DNA of 64,000 nt from Azolla caroliniana (taxonomy: Eukaryota; Plantae; Polypodiophyta), in the NCBI GenBank assembly GCA_043228905.1, contig JBHGNT010000016.1, positions 17,670,001 to 17,734,000 of the forward strand, read 5' to 3'. Numbering within the stretch: the first letter of the stretch is position 1; each line of letters opens with the position of its first letter. Of the stretch, positions 41,472-53,117 are shown piece by piece. Below the pieces are notes generated by a model. That model worked only from the letters and a program-made list of their open reading frames with translations. It made no database searches and was not told the origin of the DNA. Both the position numbers and the translations under genes were made by a program.

Positions 41472-41552
41472 CGTGGATGGTAGGATTCGAACCTACGCGG
41501 GCAAACCCACATGATTTCTAGTCATGCCCGATAACCACTCCGGCACATCCAC
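41472..41552 (-). tRNA. tRNA-Ser(AGA), intact cloverleaf
   Basis: Acceptor stem GTGGATG/CATCCAC, D stem CCG/CGG, anticodon stem CATGA/TCATG with loop CT-AGA-AA, variable arm GGG-TTTG-CCC, T arm GTAGG-TTCGAAT-CCTAC, discriminator G. Confidence 0.93.
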
Positions 41553-41774
41553 ATAAACTTTTAGCAATGAAAAAATAAAAACTTCCAGAGATCAAATATG
41601 GCTAAGACGCTTGCTGTCCACAATGATTTTTACTATAATGTGTGAAATTATTTGATTGATTTATACCAATCTCGATTATGTTAAACAATTGTAGATGAAA
41701 GATAAATTTATCAATGTGATTTATCAATGTGATAGACATAAATGGCCTCTAGGCACATTAGATACATTCATTTT

Positions 41775-41810
41775 CGTGGATGGTATGATTCAAACCTATG
41801 CAAGCAAACC
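41775..41810 (-). pseudogene. 3' half of a tRNA-Ser copy, ending at the right inversion breakpoint
   Basis: Minus strand GGTTTGCTTGCATAGGTTTGAATCATACCATCCACG; complements the 5' half at 15853-15884. Confidence 0.8.
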
Positions 41811-42186
41811 TGTAGAGGAAAGAATAAGGAAAAGAAGGAAGAAGAATAAGAATTATAAGAAGAATAAGAAGAAGCATCAATAACAATAACAAGAAGCAAT
41901 AGAAAGAGTATTCAGGTAGGGAAGCACTAGGAGGGAGGGGATGAATATGAATAAATTATATCACTCAATGTGAAATTTGCTAATTGGCATACATACCATA
42001 CCATTCAACGTGTAATAATCTGATTTTATTGTTTTTTTAATGTTTGAACATAGTTTCAATTTGGTTAGATGTAATTTTATCATGAAACAATGTAACTTTT
42101 TTTATCTTGATTTTGACCTCTATAAAATGCGCACTTAATTAGAATGGCACACTTAAGTGGGCACGCAGTTAACCGAATGGTTACTG
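41811..42186 (+). mobile_element. Right part of the split Tc1/mariner-pogo-like MITE
   Basis: Purine-rich tract, then TIR CGCAGTTAACCGAATGGTTACTG followed by TA. Confidence 0.7.
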
Positions 42187-44490
42187 TACTTGATCTAATG
42201 TGGTGCATGTGAAGCAAGGAGATGAATGGATAGTGGATCCTACTACAATAATTGACATATGTGTTCATTACTTTAAGGAATTGATTGGCCCACAATTGTT
42301 AAGGAAAAATGAGGTGAGTAGAGCATGTCATGAGTTTTATGATGTGGTTGGATGTATTGTGCATGACCTCATTAGTCATGAACTGGATGAGGATTTCATT
42401 GAGGATGAGGTGGACACAGTTTTAAGGCATCTTCCTAGTGGTAAGAGCCCCGGTTGGGATGGCTTGACAAATGAAGTTTTTAAGAGATATTCGAACATTT
42501 TAAAGGGGCCCTTAACTTTGATGTTTCAACATTCTTGGGATTCAGGTCGTATGCCTCAAGCTTGGAAGGTTGGTCTAATTAAATTAGTTTCAAAGGTGGC
42601 ATCTCCAGAGTCATTTCATCAATGGAGACCTATTTCTTTGATGGGGGGTTGTATAAGATATTTACAAAGGTCTTGGCAAATAGATTACAAAAGTATTTGT
42701 CAAAGTTGATACATCCCGCCCAATATGGTTTTATTGCATGTAGGAATATATTGCATAATGTGTTGAACGTTCAAATGGCCATGGATTATGCTCGAAACAC
42801 TCATCAAGAATTGATTATGGTGCAATTAGATTTGGAGAAAGCTTATGATCATGTTAATTGGTCCGTTGTTTCTTGGTTAATGCATACAATGGGTTTTGGA
42901 CCTCGTATGTCTCGCCTCATATTTTTATTAGGACAAGATGCGATGTCTTGAGTAATGCTTAATGGGGGAGTTACATCAGACATTGCCCTCACAAGATCCG
43001 TTCGTCAAGGATGCCCTATTAATCCATTGTTGTTTGCTATTGTTACTCATCCCTTGTTAGTGACGTTATCCAGGCTTGCAACAAATGGTGATATTGTGGG
43101 TCTACACCTTCCGTTTGGAGGGCAACTAATAGCACAAGCTTTGGCTGATATTCTTTTATGTTTCTACAAGCCACAAGAGAGAATCTTGAGAAGGGGATGC
43201 TTGTATGGAACCAATTTGCATTGGCTTCCGAATTACATATTCATTGGAGGAATTCGAGTCTCATATCATGTACTAAAAGGGATTTGGAATGTTTAGTATG
43301 GCAAGGATCCATGGTGAAGAAAAGCTCTATTTTTCGACACTTGGGCTATCCATTAGGAATGAATGTTACAAATGGTCAATTGATTGAATGGATTTCTAGT
43401 AAGTTGAGGGATAAGTTCATGTATTGGAAGTCACAATCTTGGCCATTTCATGTACTCTTGAAGGTATTATGGGACCCATGATTTTATATTACTTGCCATT
43501 GTTGCCATGGACAAAGAAGGCTTTGCATTCTATTTTGCAACCTCTTCAATATTTGTTGTGGAAGAAGAGGGATAAGATGGGAATCACTTGGATTGCATGG
43601 AATCATCTAGCAACCCCTAAGCGCTTGGGGGGAGCCGGAACATTGAACTTATCTAAGCATATCATGGCTCGTAGATTTTCATTATTACATTACATGTGTT
43701 CAAACTCACAACCATGGATATCTTTCGTTCAATATTTCATTGAGAACAAGGGTTTAACACATGGGAGGACAACAATTAAGGCTTCATGGTGGCAATTACT
43801 GAATGGATGTATTTCACTTAGGATTCCAAGCTCTACATGTGTTCAACACTTGGTTACCTTATGGCAAGAAGCACTCTTGTTATGTGTATGGAAACCATCA
43901 TCTAGTAGAGAGCATTGTAATTTTTTGCAAAAGGAGTTGCTTGTGTCTTCTCGGTTATTATGTTGGCCAGGAAAGGAGGGATTGTGCTCTCAATTTAATT
44001 GTTTGTTTCGTTTGGGGGTCAAAGAGGTGGGAGATATTTTTGAGGCTCCATATCAAAGAATTTTGGAGTTTATTGAAGTGCGGCAATAATTACATATTCC
44101 GCCTAATTATGGGTTTATTTGGCAACATCTACAAAATATCGCATTGATGCAAGGTCCCTTACCTCTAAAAACAGGAGAACAACCATGGATTGATTGGTGT
44201 TTAAAGGGTCAAACGTCATTGTTACAAGTGACTACTAATCTTTTGTATCATTGCTCTGATGACTCTCTTGGATGGTTATCATCTAAGGCTTAAGAAGAAT
44301 GGAGATTACACAAATCTGATAATGGGTGGTGGCAGATCTTACAATGTAGTTGACATTCTAAATTTCTACTTGTAGCAAAGGTCTTCATTTGGAGAGTTTT
44401 GATTGGAGGATTGCCTTTGGGATTAGCTCTAAAGCGTCGTGGATTAACAACGGGTACTTGTTTCTTTTGCACTGTTCAAATGGAAGATAG

Positions 44491-44845
44491 TGTCACAGAC
44501 ATGACAACAATTATGTCAAGATTCGAACTCTTGACTTCTTGTATTATAGTCAAGTGTTATATTGTCACCAACACATCCAAGTACATGGTCGTGTTATGTA
44601 TATCTTCGTAGGATTATCTATTTCAAGTTCTAGGAGTTTTTAGAAAGTTCTAGAGGGTTCTAGAATATTCTCTCGAATATTCTCCAATATATTCTAATGC
44701 ATGTACTTGGACTCACAATATAAATACTTGTAACCTCCTTGGTCCCTTTCTAGGGATTCAACACCAGTCATTGACACATCAATCTAACATTCTCGTTTCG
44801 CCCCATCACGTATGCTCTATCCGAGTCCACAGTTGGTGTGTTCGT
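44491..44845. mobile_element. ~360-bp solo LTR (its last 4 bases displaced to 52625-52628 by the gypsy insertion)
   Basis: TGTCAC...GTGACA termini; 5-bp TSD GATAG at 44486-44490 and 52629-52633. Confidence 0.75.
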
Positions 44846-45580
44846 TGTCGTGAAGAATTTCGGCCAGAGGCGGAAATCGGGAAATGTTGGCTACATCGGC
44901 GGGGTGCAGCAGGTAGTCACCCTTGTACATTTAGTTCGAATAACGAGGGCGCATTTATGGCGCCGAACAGTAGTTAAGTCGGGGTTATCCCACATTGTAA
45001 CGCATCCCTCTCCTTGTTCTATAAAAGGAAGGGAGCGCCCCTTTACGAAGGGGTTGCCCGTTTTGTATTAGTAGGGTATACCGTTAGATGGAGAGAAGTT
45101 CTCTCTTCCTCTCTCTCTCTTGTTTTAGGGTTTCTTCTTCTTCTCCTCCTCTGCTTCTTCTTCGTCACTCTATGAGTCTAGGTTGATACCTGCAGGTGCG
45201 GTATCTGCCCTGTCTGTTGTGCAAGACCCCGCTCGGCGCGACGAGCCCGTGAGCTCCCCGACCGACAGCTTGGCAGTAGACGACTGTTGTATCTTGCTTC
45301 TTGTAAATATACCTATGGAAGATTCTGCGTTTTTGGTGTCTGTGTGGGTGTTTTAGTGTTTCCTTACTTTTGTTTCTGTACATAAGCGTGAGTGGGGTCG
45401 GCACTGTGTGTGTGCGTGTGTCGGCCAAGGGTGCGCGCGTGTTCTTCTCTCCCTCCTTTTGGGTTGTTTTCGGCGTCCCGGAAATGGTGAATCACGACTT
45501 CCTACGCTCCGTCACTCCCTAGTCCAAGACCCCCGTGGTCCCGCCCTTCTACACGCATGCGCGAAACTTCGCGACATCTT

Positions 45581-45598
45581 TGGTGAACCCGACGTGAA
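45581..45598 (+). other. Primer-binding site complementary to cytosolic tRNA-Trp
   Basis: TGGTGAACCCGACGTGAA is the reverse complement of the plant tRNA-Trp 3' end (..TTCACGTCGGGTTCACCA) as I recall it. Confidence 0.75.
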
Positions 45599-48500
45599 AG
45601 GGCGACAAAGGAGTCAAAAGATGAGGGGATCGGAGCTAGCAGAGGCGATGGCAGTAGCCGTCGACCGGCTGGTAAGCGCTCGTGAGGGGACGGGTACCCT
45701 CGACAGAGCCATTGAATCGATTGTCGGCACTATAGGCCGGTTCGGAGGGAAAGACACCACAAGTTATTTGGAGGCTTACCGGGCCGAAATGATCATGAGG
45801 GATATCCCGATGAACATGCGGCTGTCCGGATTCCCTCAGATGGTGACGTCGGGCATCCACGCGGAGGTGCTCGAGGTGCTGGCCAGATGCCAGACTTGGG
45901 AGGAGTTCGAGTTGCGGCTCCTCGAGAAGTACGGGTTTGACGGCTCGCTTTGGCTATCGAGGCGGGACTTCATGGAGTGGGTGGAAAGCCCCGAAAAAGG
46001 GAGGAACACGTCGGTGCTCCTCCAGGAGTTCGAAAAACGGTTCGCACGACTGTCGAGGCTGGACCGGACGGTGCTTGAAACGAGTCGAGTACTACTGTTT
46101 GTCAAGTCGGTGGACGCGCTCGACAGGGAAAAGGTGGGTCCCCTATTGGAAACGGACGAACGGCTCACGGTAGACTGGGCCATGGTAAAACGGGTCTGCA
46201 ACCGTTTCGACAAACGACGCGATTGGAGCGACGGAAGCTTGTCGGGGTCAGGCCGGTCCCGAGGAGGAGGCTCGAGGAGCCGGTATCGGTGCCGGTCGGT
46301 AGGAAGGAAGAGACCCGAATCCAGCCAGAGTCGAGGTCGGCATCGAGGGACGTGGTCAGAGGCCCATCCGGAGGAGCTGACACAGATGGTGCGCGACCTG
46401 CAGATCGCACAGGCTCGGAGAGACAGCGGCAAACAACCTCACGACCGGAGGCCGCCGGCTGGGCAGCGGTGCATGTGGTGTGACGCGATCGGTCACATTA
46501 GGAAGGATTGCGCGGATTTCGCCGACGCGCTCAGGACCAACGGGGTGTACCTCTGGAACGGGCGGGTGCACACGAGCGAGACCCGGAGAGCCCTAGAACT
46601 AAAGACGGGGCACGGCGGAATGAAGAGGTTGATGGAAGAGGCCGTGGCACGGCACGTTGAAGCCGTTAACTACTCAGTGTCAGCGGGAATTCGGGTCAGG
46701 GGTGATGAGACCCGGAAGGTGAAGAACTCCGGATTCTGGCCGCTAGTGCTAGAAGGCCTCTCCGGAGTTCGGCTGAAGAAGGAAGAGGCGGACCGCGGGG
46801 AGCAGAGGGTCCAGGAGGTCACCGGTTGGGACGATCCGGTCGAAGAGAAAACGGGCTTCATAGAAGCTGCTTGCCAGAACTACGAGGTTCTGGTGGAGGA
46901 CAAACGGGCAGGAAAGGCCGGAGGGGTCGGTCCCCCGCAGAGGTATGAGACCCGGTTCCGACCGAAACCAACCGGTGCCGGCAACCCAGGCACGCCGGAC
47001 AGAAAGAAGTAGGCGGGGTTTCGGTTGAGCACCGAAATCGAAAGGACCACAGACCTGCAAAAGGTCCTAGAGGAACATATCCTCGATAGTAAAGTGGAGC
47101 TGTCGTTGCAGGAGGTGCTGGGAATCACCAAGGGTGAGTTCCACAACTCCATCGTAGACTTGGTGAAGCAGAAGAGGCTCTCGACGGAGCCGGAACTGGA
47201 GAAGTTGGTGGAGGTGCGGACCACGCATTTGGAAGACGCGGCCCTAGAAGACGAGTTGGTGGGAAGCCACTACACGAAGCCGCATTGGGCCAGGGCAACT
47301 ACGGAAACCCCTGTACGGATCGGCAACGTTCCGGAACCGGTGGTGGCGTTGGTAGACCATGGATCCGAAATCAACCTGATGTCCATGGATTTCTACAAGA
47401 TGGGTAAATGGCCGATCAACACCAAGCACGGCTGGAAAATATGGGCAGCGACGCACGCCACAAAAGAACTACATGGGGCCTGTCCGAACGTGCAGGTGAA
47501 AATCGGCGATGTCGAGATCGACCAGCACTTCTTCGTGCAGGAGACGTCCTCGCATCCGGTTATACTAGGAGAGCCATACATCACGGCGGCACGGATGGAG
47601 ACCAAGGTGTTGGACAACGGTTTGGCCTATGCAAGAGTCAAGAGCCAGGACGGGCGTCACTCGGTCTAGTTCCTGACAGTGCGACCAAACCATGAGCGTA
47701 ACCGCGAGGCCCTCGGCGGCGAAACTCGAGGGGATTTTTGAAGAGGGCTATCAAGGCGTGGGGCCGCGATAGTCCGGACACCCGAGAAGAACCCCACAAA
47801 TATACAGTACGGAAGAAGACCTGTACCATAGGTAGGAAATTTTGGTTCTCCGACAACGGAGGTTGTACTATGGCCGACGTTAGCGGCCGGGAAAGGAAGC
47901 GAGCAAAGGAGCGGCTCAGGACATGCGGAGTCCTCTCCCCCGACGAAGAGATCAGTGGCGCCATGGAGGCGGTCTCTTTTGACGACACCTTGGGTGAGTT
48001 GCGAAAGGTGGTCGGTGAAGACCTTAGAGAAGACCGGACCGTTCCGGTAGGTTCGATGGGAATGTATGAAGTCATTGCGGACTTCGGGGAGAGGATCAGG
48101 TCGGATTGGACGGCCCGCGTGGATACAAAGTACAAGACTGTGGAGCGGAAGGTGAGGCCAATCGCGGCACCCTTGCTGGAGGGCAGCGAGGAGCGGATAA
48201 AAGGGGTCGCGTCGGACCCGCGTTTACAGAATCCGGCTGGCATAGGGCACCGGTTCACCGACATAACGCTACGGGAGCTCAAGGTTGGTGGGAGTGGCTT
48301 TCTACTGCCGGCGGAGGAGAACAGGTTTTGGAGAATGCTCGGGAGGCATGGGAAAGCCTTCGCGTTCTCGCCAGAGGAGATCGGGTGCGTGGACCCGACG
48401 ATCGTCGAACCGATGGTGATCTTCACGGTACCGCATGTACCGTGGAATCTCAAACCAATTCCGGTGCCGAGAGCTCACATCCCGAAGTTGATGGAGCTTC

Positions 48501-51037
48501 TAAAGCAAAAGGTGGATATGGGCATCCTCGAACTGTCGAGTGCCCCATATTCGAATCGGTGGTACACGGTGCCAAAGAAGAACGGCACGCTGCGCTTCAT
48601 TCAGGACCTGCAACCGGTCAACAGGGTGACCATCCGTAATGCAGGAATCGGACCGACCATAGACGAGTTCGCGGAGGCCTTCGCTGGAAGGTCGATCTAT
48701 TCGGTCGGTGACTTATACTCGGGGTACGACCAGTTCCAGCTAGCCATGGAGAGCAGGGATATCACAACGATGCGAACTTCTCTCGACCTGGTACGAATGT
48801 GTACCCTACCACAAGGCGGGACAAATTCGGTGGCACATATGGTGAACGCAATGAACAAGGTGCTCAGGGACTGCATCCCGGACATCACCATGCCATTCTT
48901 GGACGACATCCCGATAAAGGGGTGTCATGTGGATGACGCGGACGAGACTGTCGGGCCAGACAGATGCCGGAGGTTCGTTGTGAACCACATCAACGACTGC
49001 GAGAAGGTGCTGCAGAAGCTCGAAAACGCACAACTCACCTTCTCCGGAGAAAAATCGGCATTCAGGCAGTCAGAGATCTTGGTGGTCGGACACCTGTGCG
49101 GGCCCTACGGTAGGAAACCGTCTCCGGCAAAGGTGGAGGCCATCTCAACGATGAGGGACGATTGCGGGTCGGTCACGGAGGTCCGCAGATTCTTGGGAGC
49201 ATGCGCATTCTACCACATCTGGATTCCGCACTACGTGCATGTTGCGGAGCCTCTCTACGGGCTATTGAAGAAAGGGCGCGGGTTCGAGTCGAGGACGGAG
49301 CACACGGAGTCGGTCCGGAGACTAAAGGAGGCGCTTACGGTAGCGTTGGCCCTCCGTAAAGCGGTTTACGGCAAGGGCGTCCCCATTTGCGTGATGGTGG
49401 ACACGAGCCCGACCGGGATCGGGTGGGTAATCAGTCAGGAGGACAAGGATGGCGTACGATTTCCGATCCGGTTCGGGGCGAAGGTATTGAGCGAGCGGCA
49501 GTAGGGATACGCCCAAGTTAAGCGCGAGCTTTGGGGTATCGTATCGGCAGTCAAGGCCGACAAGGACTATCTGATCGGGACGGAGGTAATCATCGAGACG
49601 GATTGCCTGCTGATACTCGGCATGGTTTTCGGATGCGCGACGCCGGACCTAGCAATGCTCCGGTGGATAGCGTACATTAAGTCCCTGAACCCGGAGATAC
49701 GGCACATCTCCGGAAAGGATAACGCCATGGCTGACATGCTTTCGAGAGCGAGGTTCAACGAAGAAGGCGGCATGGTTTTGGATGACGAAGAAGTCGGTGA
49801 GGACTTCTTCGGGTCGGCTAATGTGACGACGAAGAAAGGGGACACTCCGGCGCTTAATGAACTTGACGAAAGCAGGTATGACGGGGAGTGGCTCCAAATC
49901 AGGAGGTTCCTACGGACGATGACGCCGGACACAGCATGGACGAGAGAAGAGGCGAGCCGGGTACGGAAGAAGGCGTACCGATTCTTCCTGCGGGAGAGTG
50001 CATATGGAGGTACACAAAGAAGAGAAACGGCATCCCGCTCCGAGTAGTGACAAAGAAAGAAGAACAGGAGGAACTACTAGCGGCATTTCACGAGAGTCCC
50101 TGGGCCGGACACCGCGGAACGTGGGCCACGTTCGAGAAGCTGAAGGAGAAGTACTGGTGGTCGGGGCTGTACCGGGACGTGCATCGGTTCGTAACGACTT
50201 GTGAAAGCTATCAGATGCACTCCGTAGTCCGACATCGGGACGAGCTACACCCGACTTACCCGCCTGCGGTCCATTTCAAGTGGATGGTGGACTTGGTGAC
50301 GATGTCGATGGGAGTAGGATAGATGCGATACATGGTGCTTGCGCAGGAAGACTTAACGAACCAAGTGGAAGGCCGCGCACTGCAGAACAAGACAACCGCG
50401 GCGGTATGCCGGTTCCTGATCAAAGAGGTAGTGTGTCGGTACGGGTGCATCGGCAGGATGGTGGCGGACCGGGGAGAGCTGGATGCGAGGGAGGCTGAGG
50501 AGCTGTTCGACCGGCTAGGGGTCAAACTCTCCCTCACTACGGCGTACAATCCGGAGGCGAACAGAAAGGTAGAACGTGGGCACGGGCTGATCGTAAAGGC
50601 GTTGGTGCGTGCATGCGAAGGGCAGGTCGGGAATTGGCCGCGGCTCCTTCCTTACGCACTATGGGCAGACCGAACTACGCACAGTTCGGTGACATGGTTT
50701 ATGCCGGCAGAGCTGATGTACGGACAGAAGCCGATCAGGCCGGTGAAACAGACGGTTTCTTCATGGGCGGCGGTAGATTGGAAGGACGAAATGAGGCGGG
50801 AGGAGTTGCTGGCGGCGCGGATTCGGCAACTCGAGCGGAGGCCGGAGGACGTGAAACAGGCGAAGGAAAAGCTGCGAGCAGCAAGGGAACGGAACAAGAC
50901 CCGGTTCAACCGGACGCACCGGTTGCGACCAAAGAAGATCGAGGAAGGCGATTGGGTCTTGGTATACGACAGCAGACTCGACAATCAGCACAAGGCAGTG
51001 CGAAAGTTCGCTAGGAGATGGTTCAGGCCCTACACAG

Positions 51038-51777
51038 TGTTGTGAAGAAAACCGGCCATAGGCGGAATCGAAGAAAAGGCGCATGAACCGGCTCTTACAC
51101 GGGTGGACTCGAGGATTGATATATTGTACATAATTCGTAATTAAGGCGACTGGTGTAAATACTAGGTAGTGCACATTTATTAGGGGATTTTGTGCGTATC
51201 TCTGTCGACAGGGACAGGGAATAAAGCAATTTGGCTAAGGAAAAGGGGGGCACCCCCTTTTAGGGAACTATTTAAGGAGAGAGAGGAGGAAGGAACAGGG
51301 ATCGCGCGCTAGGGAGGACGAAGTGCTGTTGCAGATCTGGGTGCCAAGCTCTCTCTTCTCCTCCGGTCGTCGGTCTCTGTGGGTCGGAATCTCGTTGCCT
51401 CTACTTCGTGGACAGCCCGTGCGCTTCCAGCAGAGCCCCCCCCCCCCCCCCCTCTTTTTGTTTTGTTTCTAAGAGTCGAGCGAGTGCTGTCTGTGTGTGT
51501 GAGTAGGATCCCTGAGTTGGGTCCATCGCCGCATAGTCGGTTGTAACTGTCAGAGTCGTATTCTCTTGTATCCTCTTGTTATTGTATCCTCTTGTTATTG
51601 TATTCTCATGTTATTGTATTCTCTTGTCGTTGTAAACTTTTGTTATTGAAATCGAGTATTACGGTCTATATCTCTCCTTCTCGCTTCGCGTATCTACAAG
51701 TCTCTCTCTCTCTCTCCTCGGTTCAAGACCCCCGTGGTCCCACCCCTTTCTACACACACACGCGTAACAACGCGACA
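51038..51777 (+). mobile_element. Nested solo LTR of the same family inside the integrase C-terminus
   Basis: TGTTGTG...CGCGACA termini; TSD ACAG/ACGG; removal restores RPYTVTSANDNGTYHLAELDG; alignable with the 3' LTR. Confidence 0.85.
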
Positions 51778-52519
51778 ACGGTGACGAGCGCGAACGACAA
51801 CGGCACGTACCACCTCGCGGAACTCGACGGGACACGGTTAGCGGTGCCGGTGGCCGGGAAGCGGATCAAAGCGTTCAAGAAGCGGTTCGAAGACGAGCCA
51901 GAGCCTGCGAGCGGGAGCGACAACGACGTTCAGTTTGGGCCTGGCGGAGAATCGGAGAACGACGAGTGAAGCCAGTTTTCTTCGGTATCTACCTATCTCT
52001 GGCGCATGCCGGTGGATGTGCGGTTTGGTGGGGGTGGATGTCGGGAAGAAAACTGGGCATAGGCGGAATCGAAGAAAGGGCGCATAAACCGGCTCTTGCA
52101 CGGATGGGCGCATGAATTGATATTTTGATATTTTGTACATGATTCATAAATGGATCGGCTGATGTAAATACTAAGTAGTACACATTTATTAGGGGATTGT
52201 GCGTATCTTTGTCAGAAGAGATAGGGAATAAAGCGATTTGACTAAGGAGAAAGGGACCCCCCTCTTTGGGAACTATTTAAGGAGAGGAGAGAAGGGAGAG
52301 AAAGGATAACGCGTTAAGGAGGACGAGGTGCTGCAGGACCGAGGGCCGAAGTCTCTCTCCCCCCCTCCGACCGTCATTCTCTGTGGGTGCTAGGAGTTCG
52401 ACGCCTCTGCTTCGTGGGTAGCCCGTGCGCTGCCAGTAGAGGCTTTTCCTTCTGCGTTTCTCTAGGTCCAGTGTTTTCCGTCCATGTGCGTGAGTAGGGT
52501 CCCCGTGTTGGGCCTATCG

Positions 52520-52550
<31 letters not shown>

Positions 52551-53117
52551 TCTCTCGCTCCTCGGTCAAAGACCCCCGTGATTCCGACCCTTCTACACGC
52601 ACACGCGTAACAACGCGACACCGTGACAGATAGTATTCATCGACTTATACAATGTCTGATTGCTTGTTAGATTTGGAGTTACATTTCTCAAATTTGGCAA
52701 GTTAGATCACGGTGTTATTTGACACCTAGAAAGTGGGTGTTTGCACAATTTACACAAGTTGACCCAAAATCAAGGATGGAGATCGTTTTTCTATTTTTGA
52801 GATATTGGGGATTGCATCATAATTGGAATATGCGCAACGCTTTTGTATTCGATGGTAGACATGGAGTGAAAGTATATCTACGAAAGTTGAAGGGAGTACT
52901 AATGTGGCAATTTTCTTTATTGGAGCAAGTGGAAATTCTTTACTCGGTGGAGTGTTTGTCTTGCATATTGGCAATTCAACATGTTCCACTACCCATGTAG
53001 TGTAGTTAGTGGGTGACCATACTTCACTATCGCACCCATTGTAAGTAGTGTTTTTTACACACATTTATTAATATAATTGTTTGTTTTCACAAAAGAGAGA
53101 GAGAGAGAGAGAGAGAG

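Larger units (their letters stand above)
44846..52620 (+). mobile_element. Ty3/gypsy LTR retrotransposon, GC-rich, decayed (gag-PR-RT-RH-INT)
   Basis: 5' LTR 44846-45576; PBS 45581-45598; gag CMWCDAIGHIRKDC; PR ALVDHGSEIN; RT LPQGGTNS and PFLDD; INT GHRG..C, TTAYNPEAN; PPT-like GGTGGGGGTGGA; 3' LTR 52039-52620; 4-bp TSD TCGT/CCGT. Confidence 0.92.
42187..53094 (+). mobile_element. L1-type LINE-A, 3' half (RT and zf-RVT), interrupted at 44491-52628
   Basis: KSPGWDG, WRPISL, LDLEKAYDHV, SVRQGCPINPLLF, RHLGYP, CFFC; resumes at 52634 and ends in CACAAAA(GA)n. Confidence 0.9.

Noticed and set aside
45636-51174. Antisense and alternate-frame ORFs over the gypsy internal region
   Set aside because: Shadow ORFs expected in GC-rich coding DNA.
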